Source: an uncultured Macromonas sp.
GTDB lineage: Bacteria > Pseudomonadota > Gammaproteobacteria > Burkholderiales > Burkholderiaceae_C
Length of the DNA: 64,000 bases
Assembly (NCBI GenBank): GCA_964420415.1
Contig: CAYQTH010000001.1
Location: forward strand, 5,565 to 69,564
Reading direction: 5' to 3'
Shown here: in pieces, positions 60,801-64,000 of the stretch
Numbering within the stretch: the first letter of the stretch is position 1
Layout: each line of letters begins with the position of its first letter
Position numbers and translations under genes: made by a program
Notes under the pieces: model-generated
What the model was told of the DNA's origin: nothing
The model's database searches: none
The model's input: the letters and a program-made list of their open reading frames with translations, nothing else

Positions 60801-61607
60801 ATGTACAACGAAATCCAAATCGGCTCCCGCATGGCCAGTCTCTTCAGTCTGGCAGGCAAGGTCGCCGTGGTCACCGGATCTGCCCAGGGCCTTGGCCGCG
60901 ATACCGCCACACTGATGGCCGAGGCGGGCGCCAAGGTGGTGATTGCCGACTTGAATCCTGACGCGGCACAGGCCACGGCCGCTGCCATCGAGGCCAAAGG
61001 CGGTATTGCCATGGCTTGCGGCGTGAACGTGGCCGACGAAGCAGCCGTCCAGGCATTGTTTGCCGCCGTGGATGCAAAATTCGGCGGTGTGGACATTCTG
61101 GTGAACAACGCTGCGCACCGTTCAAAAGCCGAATTTTTCGACATGACGGTGGAACAGTGGGACCAAATGCAGGACGTGACCTTGCGTGGCACCTTCCTCT
61201 GCTGCCGCGAAGCGGTCAAACGCATGAAGGCTGCGGGCAAGGGCGGCTCTATCGTCAACATTTCGTCGGTCGGTTCGGTGCATACCACGCTGTGGGGGGT
61301 GAACGTGCATTACGACGCGGCCAAAGCGGGCGTGGACAGCATCACCCGTTCCCTGGCGAGTGAATTCGCAGCCGACGGTATCCGCGTCAATTCCGTTCTG
61401 CCGGGCGGCATGGCCAGCGAAGGTGGCAAGAACATCAGTGCCAGTTTCAAGATCCGTGGTCCGATAATTGCGCCGGGTCGTATTGGCATGGGGCGCACAG
61501 CCGATCCGATGGAGGTTGCCCAGGCCGTGTTCTTCTTCGCCAGTCCGGCTGCCAGTTACATCACAGGCCAGATCGTTGCCGCTGACGGCGGCTACATGGT
61601 CAGTTGA
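60801..61607 (+). CDS. SDR
   Basis: LAGKVAVVTGSAQGLGRDTA, NNAA and YDAAKAG. The start is ATG 60801 or 60831, with no clear SD. Confidence 0.88.
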   Translation: MYNEIQIGSRMASLFSLAGKVAVVTGSAQGLGRDTATLMAEAGAKVVIADLNPDAAQATAAAIEAKGGIAMACGVNVADEAAVQALFAAVDAKFGGVDILVNNAAHRSKAEFFDMTVEQWDQMQDVTLRGTFLCCREAVKRMKAAGKGGSIVNISSVGSVHTTLWGVNVHYDAAKAGVDSITRSLASEFAADGIRVNSVLPGGMASEGGKNISASFKIRGPIIAPGRIGMGRTADPMEVAQAVFFFASPAASYITGQIVAADGGYMVS

Positions 61608-61612
61608 ACGCC

Positions 61613-62041
61613 ATGGTTTCAGCCGCTGCACGCAAGAGCCTGGAGGCTCATATCCGTGGCGAACGGGAACGCGATCTGGCGGCCGCCATGGCTGCATTGT
61701 CAGATCACCCGCGCTACGTTGTGCCCAACTTCATTTTCGACGGTCGCGCGGCCATTGAGGCAATGTACCGGCTGGTGTTGCCGTCCCTCACGCCTGAGAA
61801 TGCGGACGAATACCTGCGTGCGCTGGATGACCCGGCGGTGGCACGCTGGGGCGATGGCCACTGTGTTCTCGAGTACAGCGATGATTACCCCCTGCACAAG
61901 GGGATGGTGGTCGTGATCCATTTTGACGGGGACAAGGTCAAGAGCGAGAACACCTATTTCGTCTCGACGCATCAGTTCGAGGAGACTTTCCCGCCGGAGG
62001 TGTTTGCGGGTGTGCCTGGCGTCACTTATCTGGGGCGTTGA
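61613..62041 (+). CDS. NTF2-like (SnoaL / ketosteroid-isomerase-like) small protein
   Basis: About 142 aa. ...LEAHIRGERERDLAAAMAALSDHPRYV... is typical of the SnoaL_2/KSI-like N-terminal helix. The start is ATG 61613 or TTG 61604. The functional call is weak. Confidence 0.6.
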   Translation: MVSAAARKSLEAHIRGERERDLAAAMAALSDHPRYVVPNFIFDGRAAIEAMYRLVLPSLTPENADEYLRALDDPAVARWGDGHCVLEYSDDYPLHKGMVVVIHFDGDKVKSENTYFVSTHQFEETFPPEVFAGVPGVTYLGR

Positions 62042-62042
62042 A

Positions 62043-62081
62043 GCATCGGTCCAGAGCGGGCGAAGCTCTGTTGACCGATGC
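62043..62081 (+). terminator. long hairpin immediately after the NTF2-like gene (terminator-like, no U-tract)
   Basis: GCATCGGTC+CAGAGC - loop GGGCGAA - GCTCTG+(tt)+GACCGATGC. That is 15 paired bases with a 2-nt bulge. No T-run follows. Confidence 0.4.
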
Positions 62082-62598
62082 CCGATCATTCGGTTCAGTG
62101 CTGAATGCCGTAATAAGTGCGCCTCGCTCTGGCCTGGGCCGGATCAACAGCCGCCGTGCTGAAGAGGCCTTTCGCACCAGGCATGGCCATCACGCTGCCG
62201 CCTTTCCTGCCGCCCCCGGATCTTCCAAAATCGGCCGCCGTCACAACGGGCAATGTCGCCAAGGTGCAAGTGTCCAAAGGCCCCCCATCGGTTGTTCATC
62301 GAGGGCGCCTCCATGAAGCCCATCAGCACCGGACACAGGCTCTAGGTATCCACTTCAGGCGTCCAGGCGTTGCGCTTGATGCCGAAACTGGCCGCCAGCA
62401 CAGGGCTTCCCAGGCGGTATCGCAAAGCTTGTGGGCATGAACTGATGGGTGCCCGTAGGGGGGCGCCTTGCAGTAGGCCTGCGGCTGTGCGGTGGTTGCT
62501 GGTGATTGACCGTATTTTCATGCGACATTTTTCCAGTCCTGGTCCTTAAGCGTCTCGGAGTTCTGGGCTTGGTACTCAGGGTGAAAAGTGCCGGCGGT

Positions 62599-62641
62599 TT
62601 GGTAACTATTGGTTAACTATTGGTTAACTTTCAGTTAATCA
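62599..62641. repeat. ~11-bp-period tandem array TTGGTAACTA / TTGGTTAACTA / TTGGTTAACTT / TCAGTTAATCA
   Basis: Read directly. There are three to four phased copies of a GTTAAC-centred unit, 163-205 nt upstream of the aldehyde dehydrogenase ATG. The last two units reproduce the motif at 44447..44464. Confidence 0.7.
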
Positions 62642-62803
62642 AAGGTGAATATTTATCCTGTGCCTCCCTATGGCGAAGACTGGCCTGCGACTTGAATGCA
62701 ACGGTTTATCTCAGCTGTTGTTTTTGCACGCTCATGCTAAATTCACTTCGTTTCGTCCGTTGAATGAACGAACATCTGGCCTTCACATAGAAAAGAGACA
62801 TTC

Positions 62804-64000
62804 ATGCCTGTATCCCCTCTTCACCAGCAAGCAATTGGCGTGTCTGGCGCCCCGTTCATCAGCGGCCGTTTTCTGGACCGAACTTCGTTGCCCCCTGTGC
62901 AGCACATCAATCCGACCACGGGGCAGGTACAAGCTGACCTCCACCTTGGCGGCGCTGTCGAAATTGACCAGGCTGTGCAAGCCGCCGCCGCCGCTCAAAA
63001 AGTGTGGATGGCCATGCCTCCCTTTGCGCGCATCCAGTGCTTCAAGCGCTTGGGTGCGCTGATGAGCGAACACGCCGAACAGCTCGCCTTCCTCGGCGCT
63101 CGTGAGTCGGGTATTCCGGTGGGGCTGCCGATGATGCCCATGGCCCAGTCCTGGGTCGACCATTACATGGGCTGGATCGACAAGATCGAAGGCAGCTATG
63201 TGGCCGACTCTTTCCCCGCCCCCGGTTTCAGCTACACCCGGCGCGAGCCCTACGGCGTGATCGGCGTGATCATTCCCTGGAACGGGCCGTTGATCGCTAC
63301 CTGCATGATGGCGATTCCCCCGATTGCCGCGGGTAACGGGGTGGTGCTGAAGCCGCCCGCGCTGTCGCCTTTTGTCGCTTTGCGGCTGGCTGAACTGGCG
63401 CTGGAGGCGGGCTTCCCACCTGGGTTGTTCAACGTGGTGCCGGGCGAAGCCGAAGCCGGCGAAGCGCTGGTGGCTCACCCCGGTGTCGGCAAGGTCACTT
63501 TCACCGGCGGTGAAGGGGTGGCCCGCCGCGTCATGGTGTCTGCGGCGGCGTTGCTGAAACCCGTGGCCTTCGAGCTCGGTGGCAAGTCTGCCAACCTGGT
63601 GTTCGAGGACGCCGACCTGGACGGCGCCTCCATCCAGGCGGTCTATGGTGCGCTCGGCCTGAGCGGCCAGGGCTGCGTGAACCCTACGCGTCTGCTGGTT
63701 CACCAATCCCGCTATGACGAAATGGTGGCCCGCGCCGCCGCCATCGCAGACTCCATTGTGGTCGGTGACCCTTTCGATCCCAAGACGGTGTCCGGTCCGG
63801 TGATCTGCCAGGCGGCCTGCGAGCGCATCATGGGCATCATCGAACGTTCCAGGGGCGAAGGCCGCATCGTGGCGGGCGGCCAGCGCCTGGGCGGTGAGTT
63901 GGCCAACGGTTACTTCATTCGCCCGACGGTGGTGGCCGATGTCGCGCCCGGCAGTTCACTGGAGCAGAACGAGGTGTTTGGCCCGGTGCTGGCCATCGTG
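62804..64000 (+). CDS. NAD(P)-dependent aldehyde dehydrogenase, 3'-truncated by the window edge (absent from the supplied ORF track)
   Basis: I translated frame 2 from ATG 62804 by hand, and it is open to nt 64000 (399 codons). It contains PWNGP, FELGGKSA, catalytic SGQGCVNPTR and EVFGPVL. The listed ORFs 62783..63706(-) and 62670..63062(+) are shadows of it. Confidence 0.9.
   Translation, partial: MPVSPLHQQAIGVSGAPFISGRFLDRTSLPPVQHINPTTGQVQADLHLGGAVEIDQAVQAAAAAQKVWMAMPPFARIQCFKRLGALMSEHAEQLAFLGARESGIPVGLPMMPMAQSWVDHYMGWIDKIEGSYVADSFPAPGFSYTRREPYGVIGVIIPWNGPLIATCMMAIPPIAAGNGVVLKPPALSPFVALRLAELALEAGFPPGLFNVVPGEAEAGEALVAHPGVGKVTFTGGEGVARRVMVSAAALLKPVAFELGGKSANLVFEDADLDGASIQAVYGALGLSGQGCVNPTRLLVHQSRYDEMVARAAAIADSIVVGDPFDPKTVSGPVICQAACERIMGIIERSRGEGRIVAGGQRLGGELANGYFIRPTVVADVAPGSSLEQNEVFGPVLAIV

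Noticed and set aside
62599-62641. Tandem repeats as a CRISPR array, replication iterons or an IS terminal repeat
   Set aside because: The units are only ~11 bp with no spacers, there are 3-4 copies, and no cas, rep or transposase genes are nearby. The position upstream of a gene fits a regulator-binding array better.

Overview
This GC-rich 64-kb window (roughly 60-65% G+C by eye) contains 58 protein-coding genes that I can support. Two run off the window edges. One of those, a 3'-truncated aldehyde dehydrogenase at 62804..64000, is missing from the supplied ORF track. I saw no rRNA, tRNA, CRISPR array, transposase, integrase or phage genes. Most long ORFs on the opposite strand of recognisable genes are GC-driven shadow ORFs and were rejected. 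Many listed ORFs have spurious N-terminal extensions, so I re-called starts from RBS position, stop/start coupling and family N-termini.

The content is a dense oxidoreductase and catabolic supercluster of unknown substrate:
- 12 SDR-family genes
- 3 P450cam-like cytochromes P450
- 3 alpha-only Rieske oxygenases, two of them a tandem duplicate
- a carboxylic acid reductase (A-PCP-R) with its own MarR and alcohol dehydrogenase
- a fused 1169-aa indolepyruvate:ferredoxin oxidoreductase-family protein
- an orphan BoxA-like ferredoxin/FNR fusion
- 2 nitronate-monooxygenase-like flavoproteins and an OYE flavoprotein
- an MmgE/PrpD protein
- CoA-activation and beta-oxidation-like genes (thiolase, 2 crotonases, acyl-CoA synthetase, family III CoA-transferase)
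- 2 APH/EcKL-like kinases
- 3 NTF2/SnoaL-like proteins
- 2 paralogous MFS transporters bracketing the window
- 10 transcription factors (4 LysR, 4 TetR, 1 MarR, 1 XRE-MarR fusion)

The most interesting signals are:
1. A tandem ~1.66-kb Rieske-oxygenase duplication carries a 383-bp tract that is 100% identical at nucleotide level. The tract covers the Rieske domain and sits inside otherwise diverged paralogs, which points to gene conversion.
2. A Rieske oxygenase, amidohydrolase, VOC protein and IOR sit together, converging on an orphan BoxA-like reductase. That reductase is the only electron-transfer protein visible for six oxygenases.
3. An actinobacterial-type CAR module appears in what looks like a proteobacterial catabolic context.
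4. An XRE-MarR two-domain regulator is present, together with a composite GGTTAACT..GTTAATCA motif shared between two distant intergenic sites.
5. A translationally coupled pair of a catalytically dead SDR and an intact SDR is present.

Functional names are family-level calls from motifs read in the translations. No database search was possible.
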